64,000 nt of DNA, from positions 1,824,001 through 1,888,000 of the forward strand of contig CAXVYR010000004.1 of the NCBI GenBank assembly GCA_963666975.2. Reading direction: 5' to 3'. The notes beneath the pieces are model-generated. The model was not told the DNA's origin. It searched no databases and worked only from the letters and a program-made list of their open reading frames with translations. This document shows positions 38,945 through 48,327 of the stretch, one piece after another. The DNA is from Terriglobia bacterium. Its GTDB lineage: Bacteria; Acidobacteriota; Terriglobia; 2-12-FULL-54-10. Numbering within the stretch: position 1 is the stretch's first letter; each line of letters opens with the position of its first letter. The position numbers and the translations under genes were made by a program.

Positions 38945-39193
38945 CTAAGCAAGCCCAAGGTCCTTCTTCAATTTTTCCCAGGGAATCCGGTGCGGGTCTT
39001 TCAGAGCCTTTTCGGCAGCCTCATTATCCAGGCGGTCCTCGATCTTCCGCAAGAGTTCCAGGTCCTCCAAAGAGACCAGTGCGGCCACGTCCTTCCCGCT
39101 ACGACGCACGACAATGCGCTCTCCACGGCGCACGACTCGGTTGAGAACCGCAGCAAATTCATTGCGGATTTTACTGGTGTTCAGGCGGGTCAT
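38945..39193 (-). CDS. Phd/YefM-family antitoxin
   Basis: IRNEFAAVLNRV..GERIVVRRSGKDVAALVSLED...IPWEKLKKDLGL, directly upstream of relE. Confidence 0.9.
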   Translation of the reverse strand: MTRLNTSKIRNEFAAVLNRVVRRGERIVVRRSGKDVAALVSLEDLELLRKIEDRLDNEAAEKALKDPHRIPWEKLKKDLGLA

Positions 39194-39311
39194 GACGATG
39201 CTTGTAGGAAGCTCCTTTGACTATATTACTTCTGTTGCTGTCCACAGACAAGGGTCTCGATCTGCTAATCGAAGGGAGTCCGCAGCAGAAACCGCTGTCG
39301 CGTTCATCCAC

Positions 39312-40238
39312 CTAGTCCTTGAACAGTTGATGGGCAATGATCTCCTTTTGTATCTCCGAGGTGCCTTCATAGACGCGCAGGGCGCGGATTTCCCGGTAGA
39401 GCCGCTCGACCACGGTTCCTTTCAGCACGCCCGTGCCGCCGTGGATTTGCAGCGCCCGGTCGATCACCTTCTGGCCGGTTTCGGTGGCGAAGAGCTTGGC
39501 CATCGAAGAGGCCAGAACCAATGTCCGGTGCGGAGTTCGGGTTAGCGCCCGGTCGCCAGACGCAGCTTCCCGGCGAGCCTGGTCCAGGTTCCACGCTGCC
39601 TGAAAGACCAGCAGCCGGGCCGCTTCCAGCTCCGTAGCCATCTCGGCCAGCATGAAGCGGAGTCCTTGGAACTCGGAAAGCGTTTTTCCGAACTGCTTCC
39701 TTTTTTTGGCATACGCCGTAGCCTCCTCCAGCGCCCTCTCCGCCAGCCCCAGTGCGGCGGCCCCTACCGTGGTGCGAAACGATTCCAGCGTCTGCAGCAG
39801 TATGGAGTAACCTTCTCCCTCCAGCCCCAGCAGGTTTTCCGCCGGGACCCGGCAGCGTTCCAGTTGAAATTCGCCGATCGGGTGCGGCGCGATCAATTCA
39901 AGTTTCCGGGTCATGTTCAGACCGGGGCGGTCCTTCTCCACCACGATGGCGGAGATTCCTTTGCGGCCCTGGGCGGGATCGGTTTTGGCAAAGACGACGT
40001 AAAAGGCGGCGATGCCCGCGTTCGAGATGAACTTCTTTGTGTCCTCCAGGACGTACTCGTTTCCTTCGCGCCGCGCGCGGGTTTGGATGCCGGCGGCGTC
40101 GGAGCCCGCCTCCGGCTCGGTGAGGGCGAAGGCGGCGATGGCCTCCCCGCTGGCGACCTGCGGCAGGAACCGCTGTTTGATTTTCTCGCTGCCCGCCAGC
40201 GTGTGATGTTCTGGTTCAAAAAATGTCGTGTGGATCAT
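39312..40238 (-). pseudogene. Acyl-CoA dehydrogenase lacking most of the N-terminal helical domain
   Basis: MIHTTFFEPEHHTLA joins directly to GSEKIKQRFLP...FALTEPEAGSD; RKQFG and RVYEGTSEIQ are intact; only 308 aa. Confidence 0.75.
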
Positions 40239-40550
40239 GATTTACTGGTCCCATCTCCCGCCAATTCCCTTTCTTGATCTGCGATCTGTCGCTCTGGTTC
40301 CAATGCCGCACATTTTATATCCAGCGTTGGCGGGGAACATCTATTCTTGATGGTATTTTCAGCCGAAAAGCCTCTTTATGCCCTGGCAGGGCCGGCACAG
40401 GCGGCGGAGGGGTCCGCTTTTAGTTGACAGGACCGGGTGAGAGCTTTAAGTTGTTGACGATTCGAGCCGAAGTGATAGATACAGCCGGGCGTTGGCAGTT
40501 CCGGGAAAAGCTGCTGCGCATGCCGAGGAACCGATGTGGAGGAACCGATA

Positions 40551-41351
40551 ATGATGAACTCTGAGGAGATGTTAGAGTATGCCAGGAAGAGCTATTCGCA
40601 ACCTGCCGTGAAGGCAGTCCGGGAACCCTTTCCCCGGAAGCCAAAGGAGGTTCTTCCCCCCGGCGAATTTCTGGACTGCTTGATTGATGCGGCCTTCCGC
40701 AACAGTCCGAACCTGCTTCATCCGTTTGCCTCCCGCTTGGTAAATGGGAAGTGGGAAAAACTCCAATTGCAGGAGTGGGTGCGGCAGGACTATCAGCGCA
40801 TCGTGCTGATCATTCGCCGGCACGCTTTGATCGCGGGAAATTCCCCGGACTATGAAACCATCTGGGGCCTTCTGGCGCGTGTCAAAGCGGAAGCGGATGT
40901 CGATCCGGTGGGAGGAAACTTTTTTGCTCTTCCGAAGCTTTGGATCAAGTTCGGGATCGCATTGGGTCTCTCACGAGAGGATATTGTTAACTGTCAACCG
41001 CATACGCTGCTGAGCCTGCTCCATGAAGCTTTGCTGACGGAGGTTCGGTTTTCCAGCGCCATGCCGGTTCGGGAGGTCGTTGACGCCTGCATTAGCCCTG
41101 TTTTTTACCGGCTGTGGGGTGAGGCGCTGGAGGGTTCCTGCCAACTCCCCCATGACGCGCTGGACTATTTCTGGGCCAGGGCGTCAGACCACTGGGGGCA
41201 GGAAACCGGCCGGTCCATTCTGCTGCGCGGAGCCGAATCCGGGGAAGCGCAAGAAGTGTTGTGGAGGGAATACCAGAGCCAGGTGAAAATTGACCGGGAA
41301 TGGCACCGCTTGACGATCTTGCAGAGGCTTATGGATTCCGGCACGGCGTAG
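40551..41351 (+). CDS. Heme-oxygenase-like (PqqC/TenA/CADD-fold) protein with degenerate metal ligands
   Basis: GGAGG RBS; HPF..RL..G...QLQEWVRQDY, LWIKFGIALGLSREDI and ALDYF motifs. Confidence 0.7.
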   Translation: MMNSEEMLEYARKSYSQPAVKAVREPFPRKPKEVLPPGEFLDCLIDAAFRNSPNLLHPFASRLVNGKWEKLQLQEWVRQDYQRIVLIIRRHALIAGNSPDYETIWGLLARVKAEADVDPVGGNFFALPKLWIKFGIALGLSREDIVNCQPHTLLSLLHEALLTEVRFSSAMPVREVVDACISPVFYRLWGEALEGSCQLPHDALDYFWARASDHWGQETGRSILLRGAESGEAQEVLWREYQSQVKIDREWHRLTILQRLMDSGTA

Positions 41352-41390
41352 ATGCCTGCAAGCTGTTTCATAACCTGATTTCAGGAATTG

Positions 41391-41605
41391 TCAGGGCACG
41401 GTTTCAACTGCCGAACATGCAGTGCAATGAACACGGCTTCAGCCGCTGAGGTAAAAAGCGAACCTTCGATCTGCTCCCTTGGACAAGCCACCTCAGCCGC
41501 TAAGGCGCTTCTTAGCGATGAGTCGCAATGGCACCACCAAAGAATCTGTGCGAAAACTACGGCGAAGGCGAAGCAATCCGAGCCGCGCGCGTTAGCAAGC
41601 GGACC
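41391..41605. repeat. REP/MITE-like repeat (TCAGGGCACGG... GGCTTCAGCCGCTGAGG ... CCTCAGCCGCTAAGGC)
   Basis: Shares motifs with 53648-53795 and 61418-61490. Confidence 0.65.
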
Positions 41606-41630
41606 CTTACACCCGTTTTTCAATAAACGC

Positions 41631-42578
41631 TTACGGGCGTTTGCTTGTTTGGCTGGCTGTGTACCAAAGGCTGGCGAGCATTTCCGCGCCCGCCAGCATC
41701 CTTTCCGAGAGAAACTGCCTGGCTGTGGGCGTTCCGGCGCCGTTGAATGCGCCGCTTTTTTCCAGCTCATAGAGCCTGGGCACTTGCGTGAAGGAACCCC
41801 GCAGATAGGCGATGTAGTCCGAGAACGGGTCGCGCAAAATCCTGGCCCGAACGGTTTGCTCCCTCAGCACCGGCGCCTGTCCGCTGCGATTCAGAAAAGC
41901 ATCTTCCACCTTGGCGTGCACGCCCGGACCGGTGGAATAGCCGTTCGGATTGCCGCCCTCCCATCCGTTGAAGTGCTGCGTTGTGTGCAGAGGTTGCGAG
42001 CCGTCGGCGACGTAATGGCTCAGCCATCCCATATAAAACAAGATGGCCTGTTCGGCCGGCTCTAAGGGCCGCCCGGCGGCCTTTGCGGAACGGTACTGCC
42101 GCCATGCAATTTCCAGACGCCCGTAAATTTCCGCTGTGACGTAAGGCTGCAATCCCACCCGCTCCGGAAACAGTTCGCGTGCTTGGGAGATTTGGCCGCT
42201 TTGCTCCAGCTCCCGGCGGCGCGCGGAAAGCGCGCGGGCAAACTGGTAACGGTCCGGAGGAAAGGCAGAGAGAAAAGAGAGGCTCTCGAACTCAATAAAG
42301 TGGTCCGGAAAATTTGCCGGGCGCAGGGCGGGCTGGTCGCGGTCTCTCCAGCGGTCCGGCTCCTCGGAGAAAAAGGCAAGGACCGCTCCATTTCGCCGGA
42401 TAAAGGCAAGCTCGGGGGTGGAAGGCAGCGAGTTGACGGCCACGTGGGTTACCGTGCTGTGTCCGGCAGGACCCCATGCCATCGCCGGGCAAACCCAGGC
42501 CGGGACCTGCAACAGAGACAACAGCAGCAGAGAAACCAGCCGCTCTGTTCGACAAATCCATTTGGGGAAGGCTGCCAT
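41631..42578 (-). CDS. S1/P1 nuclease / Zn-dependent phospholipase C family, secreted
   Basis: Signal peptide then AWGPAGH, EPDRWR, PDHFIEFE, LSHYVADGSQPLHTT and VHAKVE. Confidence 0.88.
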   Translation of the reverse strand: MAAFPKWICRTERLVSLLLLSLLQVPAWVCPAMAWGPAGHSTVTHVAVNSLPSTPELAFIRRNGAVLAFFSEEPDRWRDRDQPALRPANFPDHFIEFESLSFLSAFPPDRYQFARALSARRRELEQSGQISQARELFPERVGLQPYVTAEIYGRLEIAWRQYRSAKAAGRPLEPAEQAILFYMGWLSHYVADGSQPLHTTQHFNGWEGGNPNGYSTGPGVHAKVEDAFLNRSGQAPVLREQTVRARILRDPFSDYIAYLRGSFTQVPRLYELEKSGAFNGAGTPTARQFLSERMLAGAEMLASLWYTASQTSKRP

Positions 42579-42728
42579 CCGGTCAAGAGTACCGGTAAAG
42601 AAGGCAAATCGGAAGCAATTGCGGGAGGGGATTGCTTGCCGGGCTAAGAGGGCCAGCCCTTCGCCACGGGTCGGAAATCGCCCATTGGTGTATTGACAGC
42701 ATATATACGATACGGATATCCTTAGCGA

Positions 42729-43010
42729 GTGGCAGAAGCCATTGAGTTTGACTGGGACGAGGAGAACGGGAAGCACCTCAAATCCCACCGTGTCTCGCCT
42801 CAGGAATTCGAGCAGGTGATAGCGAATGATCCGCTCGACCTGGAATACCAAGTCGAAAGCGGCGAGCAGCGCTACAAGTCTCTCGGAGTTACAGAAATGG
42901 GGCGCACACTGATCATAGTTTGGACCCTTCGAGAGGGCAAGGTGCGTGCTGTTACAGCCTACCCTGCCGGCAGGTCGTATGAGAAGCTCTATCGGAGTAT
43001 GAGGGGATGA
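42729..43010 (+). CDS. BrnT-family toxin
   Basis: FDWDEENGKHL..HRVS..EFEQV...GEQRY..LG.T..GRTL.IVWTLR..KVRAVTAY; TTGACA..TATCCT promoter at 42693-42722. Confidence 0.88.
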   Translation: MAEAIEFDWDEENGKHLKSHRVSPQEFEQVIANDPLDLEYQVESGEQRYKSLGVTEMGRTLIIVWTLREGKVRAVTAYPAGRSYEKLYRSMRG

Positions 43011-43327
43011 AAGACGCAAGAAAGAAGAGAATCGTTCCGGCGTTTCCGACCGAAGCTCAGGAAGCCGACTGGTGGTTCAAGAATCGGAAGAAGCTGGACA
43101 AGCACTTGGTGGAGACCGCGCGAGCCGGCGAACTGAAAGTGCTGGACCGGAAAACCTTGCTGAGGCGGGTCGCCCGCTCCAAGGCTTCCCGGGTAGTTTC
43201 CATTCGGCTGCCCGAATCCGATCTCGAAGCGGCACGGTTGCAGGCGGCCAAGAAGGGACTTCCTTACCAGACCTATATCAAATCACTCTTACATCAGGCG
43301 CTGGAACAACAGGCCAAGACGCGATGA
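43007..43327 (+). CDS. BrnA/CopG-like antitoxin
   Basis: VPAFPTEAQEADWW...VSIRLPESDLEAARLQAAKKGLPYQTYIKSLLH (RHH); ATGA overlap. Confidence 0.88.
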   Translation: MKDARKKRIVPAFPTEAQEADWWFKNRKKLDKHLVETARAGELKVLDRKTLLRRVARSKASRVVSIRLPESDLEAARLQAAKKGLPYQTYIKSLLHQALEQQAKTR

Positions 43328-43561
43328 CGTAGGGTATCCGCTGGCGCTGTAGACGACAGGCCTATATCCATCTCCGGCATAAAACGTCGCGGGCTTGGAT
43401 GGCTCCGATCACGGGACGGCTGGTGTGTCGGTTCACGAATCGAGCGGCGGACATTGACACTAGTTGCGAGGGCCGTCTTGGGGCGGTCGTAGGATGCAGT
43501 GTTCTTTTCAGTGCTGTGCCCCGTCAGGGCTTGTTGGACAGGTAGAGGGTAATAGTTAAGG

Positions 43562-43686
43562 TGATGTTTTTGGCTCATCGTAGAGACTGAAAGGAACGAA
43601 GATGAGACAAAAACAAGACGACAGGGGGGCGGTCGAGAAGGCCGTCCGGGAGATCAAACGCAGGACGCGGCGCAGGTTCAGCCCAG
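43562..43686 (+). mobile_element. IS3-family left-end remnant
   Basis: Starts 5'-TG; AAAGGA RBS then MRQKQDDRGAVEKAVREIKRRTRRRFSP (ATG 43602), an IS3 OrfA-type N-terminus, truncated. Confidence 0.7.
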
Positions 43687-44000
43687 CCAACTCTACAGGG
43701 AATTGGGCGTTAATCTGTAGTGGTGAGGTCCAAAACAGAGGGGCAGCCAACGCCGTTGACTAGAACGCTCGCTCCTGCCAACCGGGTAGGGAGCGGAAGC
43801 GTGATTGCAGGTTCTGTGGTGCCGTCGGTCAGAGAAGTCCCGAAGAGGGAAAACATTACACCCGGCGCGAGCACTCCCGGCTGGGCGAAACTGGCCGCAT
43901 TTACCACGCCCCCATCGTTGATCTGCGGCGTCTGCGCAGAAACCTCCGGCACGGCAAGGCTAAGGGAAAGAATTAATGCCAACAGTCTGAGTCGCAACAT
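43683..44000 (-). pseudogene. Secreted TIGR03437 (Soli_cterm)-like protein remnant, frameshifted and truncated
   Basis: Signal peptide, GVVNAASF..APG..FSLFG...LPTRLAGASVLVNG, then APLFWTSPLQINAQFP in another frame; ends at the IS3 remnant. Confidence 0.78.
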
Positions 44001-44400
44001 AGGAATCACCTATGACGAAAAGACCGCCTGATATGGGCATGAACTTTAGTCGATGGGAATTACTCTTTAGGAGGTCTATCCGTGTGGCATTGTACTCCTC
44101 TTGACGTGGTGATCGTTAAGGCAAAATATTGCCCTTGTATTCCTTTGAAATGCAATTGCGTTTGCTACCGCTTCAGCCGCCATCGCCTTTGCGGGTGGCA
44201 CCTCCGCGTTCGATTATGGGAAGGCGAGCTTCCAGACAAGAGACCAGCTAATTGGGAATGAGGTGCAAGGAGAGGATCATTCCCCCGGCTAAGAACAACA
44301 ACGCCACGCCGGAAGCGAAACCGTCGCGGCGTGTTTCTCAAGACGAGTCAGAAACACGCCGCCGGAAAATGCAACAGCCCATCGAAGAGAAGTCCGGGCC

Positions 44401-45033
44401 CTATACTCTGGATTTACTCTCGAACATCTGGGTCCCGAAGTGGTATTCCCTGTTCTCGCTCACCGCCTCTCGGACGTGGGAAAGCACAACGGCCATCTGC
44501 TCCGGCTGCAACTGTCGGAAATAGCCGGCTAATGTCTTCCAGAACGGGTCGCCGGAGGCATCCGAGGAGCCGTTGCCATTGCCGTTCCCCGGCAGCAGCG
44601 CCAGGATGGACACCCCCAAGGCGCCGGCAATGCGTTGCAGCATGGTGGGGCCCGGCAAGAGCCGAGCATTCTCAATCCGGGAAATGTAAGTGCGCGGAAC
44701 GCCCGCCCGCCCGGCCATCTCTTGCTGAGTTAAGTGTTGTTGCTCTCGGAGGTCTCTCAGCTTTCGGCCGATCGTCAGTTCGCGCGCGGTTTTGCCCCGC
44801 GGCAGCATGCCGTCGCGGTGGAGGCTGGTGTCGGAAGAAAGGGGAGCCGTGCCGTTCCCTTTCGCCCGGATCGCGCTGAGCCCTCCGTTTGGTTTGTCAT
44901 CCAACCGGGGCGGCGGCGGCAGGGACATCTCGCATCGCCGGCAAAGGTCCGAAAGCGTTCGGTACTGGACCAGATTGCAGCTATGGCAGCGCAGGACTTC
45001 GCGTGGACGAATATCAGTCGTAGCAGTGCTCAA
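44401..45033 (-). CDS. XRE-family HTH regulator with N-terminal zinc ribbon
   Basis: CHSC...CRRC; IGRKLRDLRE...LTQQEMAGRAGVPRTYISRIEN. Confidence 0.9.
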   Translation of the reverse strand: MSTATTDIRPREVLRCHSCNLVQYRTLSDLCRRCEMSLPPPPRLDDKPNGGLSAIRAKGNGTAPLSSDTSLHRDGMLPRGKTARELTIGRKLRDLREQQHLTQQEMAGRAGVPRTYISRIENARLLPGPTMLQRIAGALGVSILALLPGNGNGNGSSDASGDPFWKTLAGYFRQLQPEQMAVVLSHVREAVSENREYHFGTQMFESKSRV

Positions 45034-45973
45034 ATTGAAGTTGAGGAATCGCCACTAGGGGGTGGGTTCAACCGGCTTCGCACTGGAGAACGGTTATTGG
45101 CGACTCCTATTGTGGGTCAATTCTCCGGTGAGTCAAGTATAAATGTCGGAAATCTTCGAAAAAAACAGGGCAACTATCGTTGTGCGGGCGTTTCGCAGGC
45201 GTTGTGCGGGCGCTGCTCAGCGTCGCTCGCGGCAGAGGAAAGCGGTTCGGAGTGGCTCAGAGAGCCGATGAATAGCTGCGTTGGGGGCATTCCGCGTTTC
45301 TTTTTCGGTACGGGTCCGGTACGGTTCGGTCCGTTCGGAAGGCAGTGACGAATGCAGTGACTGAGGCAGTATCCGATATGGTTCTGAGCGGGCGTGCCAC
45401 GGACCGGCGGTTCGCAAAACCGTAACGGGATAACAGGCGGGGGGAATGTAGTTGCGTTTCCGAACCGGGACGGAGTCATTGTCGCGTTCTCTTTGTAGCA
45501 AGGTGAGCCGCCGCAGAGCAGGTAGCCATCTATAACGACGTCGGCTTTGTCAAAGCAAAGATGTAGGGCACCTCGTCGGGCGAGGTATTTGCTTATCAGA
45601 AATCTATTGCCGTCTCTGACCAAGACTCGCTTCCTGGCAATCGTGCGGTGGAGCGAACTCCACCAACCACCAACCATCTACGCGGTCTTGAACTGCAGAT
45701 CAAGATTGCTATTCCGAACTCCCTTCCCCGGAAGGGAGGCAGGGCACCCAATCCCGGCAATCATGTTCTATATTTCATATTTTCTGTCTTCTGAAAACTG
45801 TATTTATTTGGTAAAACGAGGCCAAAGGAATCCGCAAGATTAAATAACCGCTTTATCTTCTTCACATTGTAGGAGCGCAAGTTTTGGGGCGCAAATTGCT
45901 AAGGAGAACGTGGGCAGGCCAAATTGAAAAGGAATCAGATTTTCCCGTTTCTTTTGGTCGAATCTAGTCAGTC

Positions 45974-46002
45974 GGGGGCGCGGGGTCGCCCCCTTTTTAT
46001 TT
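45974..46002 (+). terminator. Intrinsic terminator with no obvious upstream plus-strand gene
   Basis: GGGGGCG-CGGGGT-CGCCCCC-TTTTTATTT. Confidence 0.65.
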
Positions 46003-46105
46003 CCCATTCCCGCGAAAACCTCTTCTTGCGCCTTGCAGCCCACTAAGTTAGTGTTGTGACCCTGTTGACGGGCACACTGCCGGTTTGCTGCCCGCTGGCG
46101 CAGGG

Positions 46106-47074
46106 ATGAAGAGCATGAGATACGTGACCTTCTCACTTCTAACAGGCTCACTGCAAAAGGACTCGCTGCCAAAGGACCCTGCACATCGCCTCGGCGTGTT
46201 GCGCGACGATCATCTGATGGACCTCCGCCTCCTGGTGGGTAGCCGCTGGGAAGGAGACTTTCCGAAGACTCTGCTCAAGCTGATTGCATCGGGACCGGAG
46301 AATTGGACCAGAATGGCGAAGCAGGTGGAGGAGGCGCTGTCGGGAAAGCCTGCGGCGGGGGCAGCGCATCCGCTGGCCGAGGTCCAACTCCACGCGCCCA
46401 TTCCCCGGCCATCCAAAAACGTCGTTTGCCTCGGCTTGAACTACGCCTCCCACATGGAGGAGACGGCGCGGGCACGGGGGCGGCAGGTGAAGATACCCGA
46501 GGTTCCGGTCTTTTTCACCAAATCGCCCACAGCCGTAAGCGGTCCTTCTGACCCGATTCCCTGGGACCCTGCGGTGACCGGGGAGGTGGATTATGAGGTG
46601 GAGCTGGGCGTGGTCATCGGCAAGACCGGCAAGAACATCCCCCGCGCCAAGGCCTACGAGCATGTCTTCGGCTATACGGTCATCAACGACACCTCGGCGC
46701 GAGACCTCCAGCAAAGGCATTACCAGTGGTTCAAGGGAAAAAGCCTGGACGGGTTTTGTCCGATGGGGCCCTGCCTGGTGACGGCCGATGAGTTCGGCGA
46801 CCCGCACGCAAAGCGAATCTCTCTGCGAGTGAACGGCGTCGTCAAGCAAAGCGCCAGCACCGCAGACATGATCTTTAACGTCCCCGCCATCCTGGAATTT
46901 CTCTCGCGCGGGATGACCCTGGAGGCGGGCGATATTATTTCCACAGGCACCCCGGAAGGCGTGGGCCTGGGCCGCACCCCCCCGGAGTACCTGCAGGACG
47001 GCGACTTGGTGGAATCGGAGGTGGAAGGGATTGGGGTGCTGCGCAACCGTGTGGCGGCCTTGCGGCAATCGTAA
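46106..47074 (+). CDS. Fumarylacetoacetate hydrolase family protein
   Basis: CLGLNYASH, PVFFTK, DYEVELGVVIG, NDTSARDLQ, KGKSLD and TGTPEGVG. Confidence 0.95.
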   Translation: MKSMRYVTFSLLTGSLQKDSLPKDPAHRLGVLRDDHLMDLRLLVGSRWEGDFPKTLLKLIASGPENWTRMAKQVEEALSGKPAAGAAHPLAEVQLHAPIPRPSKNVVCLGLNYASHMEETARARGRQVKIPEVPVFFTKSPTAVSGPSDPIPWDPAVTGEVDYEVELGVVIGKTGKNIPRAKAYEHVFGYTVINDTSARDLQQRHYQWFKGKSLDGFCPMGPCLVTADEFGDPHAKRISLRVNGVVKQSASTADMIFNVPAILEFLSRGMTLEAGDIISTGTPEGVGLGRTPPEYLQDGDLVESEVEGIGVLRNRVAALRQS

Positions 47075-47591
47075 TGAGGGCATTCGCCAACAGCGAGATA
47101 GAGACTCCGCCGGGCATGGTTTGCCCCATTCCATCGGCCTTGGAAGGCGTTGCGAGGCCGGGGGAAAGGCCCTCCGCTTACCGGAAATGCCTTTCCAACT
47201 TTAGCAAGGGATTAGCCTTTACATTTTGCCTGGCCATGGTCTATCATTATCCGCTTGGATAATTCCAATCTCCCTCTTTACTTTTGCTTGAGATGGTGGT
47301 AGAAAACGTTCCCGGGTTGCGTTTGGGCTGTTCGCAGAAGGACTATCCCCTGATGCGAAGGGTCGGAGTTGCTGTTCCCGGAGTCTTGCTTTGGGAACGA
47401 CGCCCGGGCGTTTGCCGAACATATGGGAGCAAGCTCGTGATTGGGCAGTTGAAGATTAAGCGAAGATTAATAAGATGCCCTGATGGTGGTCGTCTATTTG
47501 GAGAATTGGTCTTGTCGAAGGTAGAATCCCAGCGCCGGACGGCTAACAGGCCGTTTGGGCGCCCACTCCACCCAGGAGGTTGAGGCAAGAA

Positions 47592-48230
47592 ATGGCAAAA
47601 AAACAAAAAGATATGTATCTGGCGAAAGCAATTCTAGGCCTCGTGTTGCTGATGGTCACCGGGGTTGGCCTGTGGTATTGGTCGCTGTTGAGCGAGATGC
47701 GCCAAGCGGCCGACGATTACCGGCAGGGCGACACCGAGACCGCCTTGGGGCAGTACCAAAACGTGGAGCGTAAGGTCCGGGGAGTGGGCATGTTGCGGTT
47801 TATCCCCGCCAGAGACCGTCAAAACCTCATCCTCAATCAGGCCAGACTGCTCTACGACCTGGGCCGCTACGATGAAGCCGCCGAGCAGTTGGAGAAGGAA
47901 AACGAAATTGCCGGCCTGACCACCGACGGCAGGTTCTTCCTGTTGCGCGGCGAGATCTCTTTCCGCAAAGCGGTGTCCGATTACCAGCAGTCGGCGAGAA
48001 AGGATGCCAAGGTGCTGGAAGACGCCTTACGCTCGGCAGAGGATAATCTCCAGGACTCTTTGCGATTGGCCCCCGACGACTGGGATGGCAAGTTTAATTT
48101 TGAATTTATCGATTACGTCCGCCGGATGATGAACGAAAACCAGGACGAAGAGAAAATCAAAATCCTGATGGAGAATGTGCGGGTGAAGCAGACCCAGCCC
48201 AAGGCCCTTACGCCAGACCAGCAAAGCTAG
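47592..48230 (+). CDS. Membrane-anchored TPR protein, MxaK-like
   Basis: N-terminal TM, TPR-like helices, SLRLAPDDWDGKFNFE motif; first gene of the MoxR operon. Confidence 0.7.
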   Translation: MAKKQKDMYLAKAILGLVLLMVTGVGLWYWSLLSEMRQAADDYRQGDTETALGQYQNVERKVRGVGMLRFIPARDRQNLILNQARLLYDLGRYDEAAEQLEKENEIAGLTTDGRFFLLRGEISFRKAVSDYQQSARKDAKVLEDALRSAEDNLQDSLRLAPDDWDGKFNFEFIDYVRRMMNENQDEEKIKILMENVRVKQTQPKALTPDQQS

Positions 48231-48327
48231 TTCGCAAAAAAACGTAGCCTGTTTACCCGGAACTTTCCGGGGCAGGAAAGGAGCCTAGCCGTTCCCCCTT
48301 AGGGGGTTTTCGGAGCGATGATTTGTA

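Noticed and set aside
42579-43019. N-terminal 147 aa of the 462-aa nuclease ORF
   Set aside because: Antisense to brnT; the signal peptide and mature WG..GH start indicate ATG 42578.
44385-44405. GAGAAGTCCGGGC resembling the RNase P RNA 5' motif
   Set aside because: Lacks the GAGGAAAGTCC consensus and the downstream conserved regions; overlaps the end of the XRE gene.
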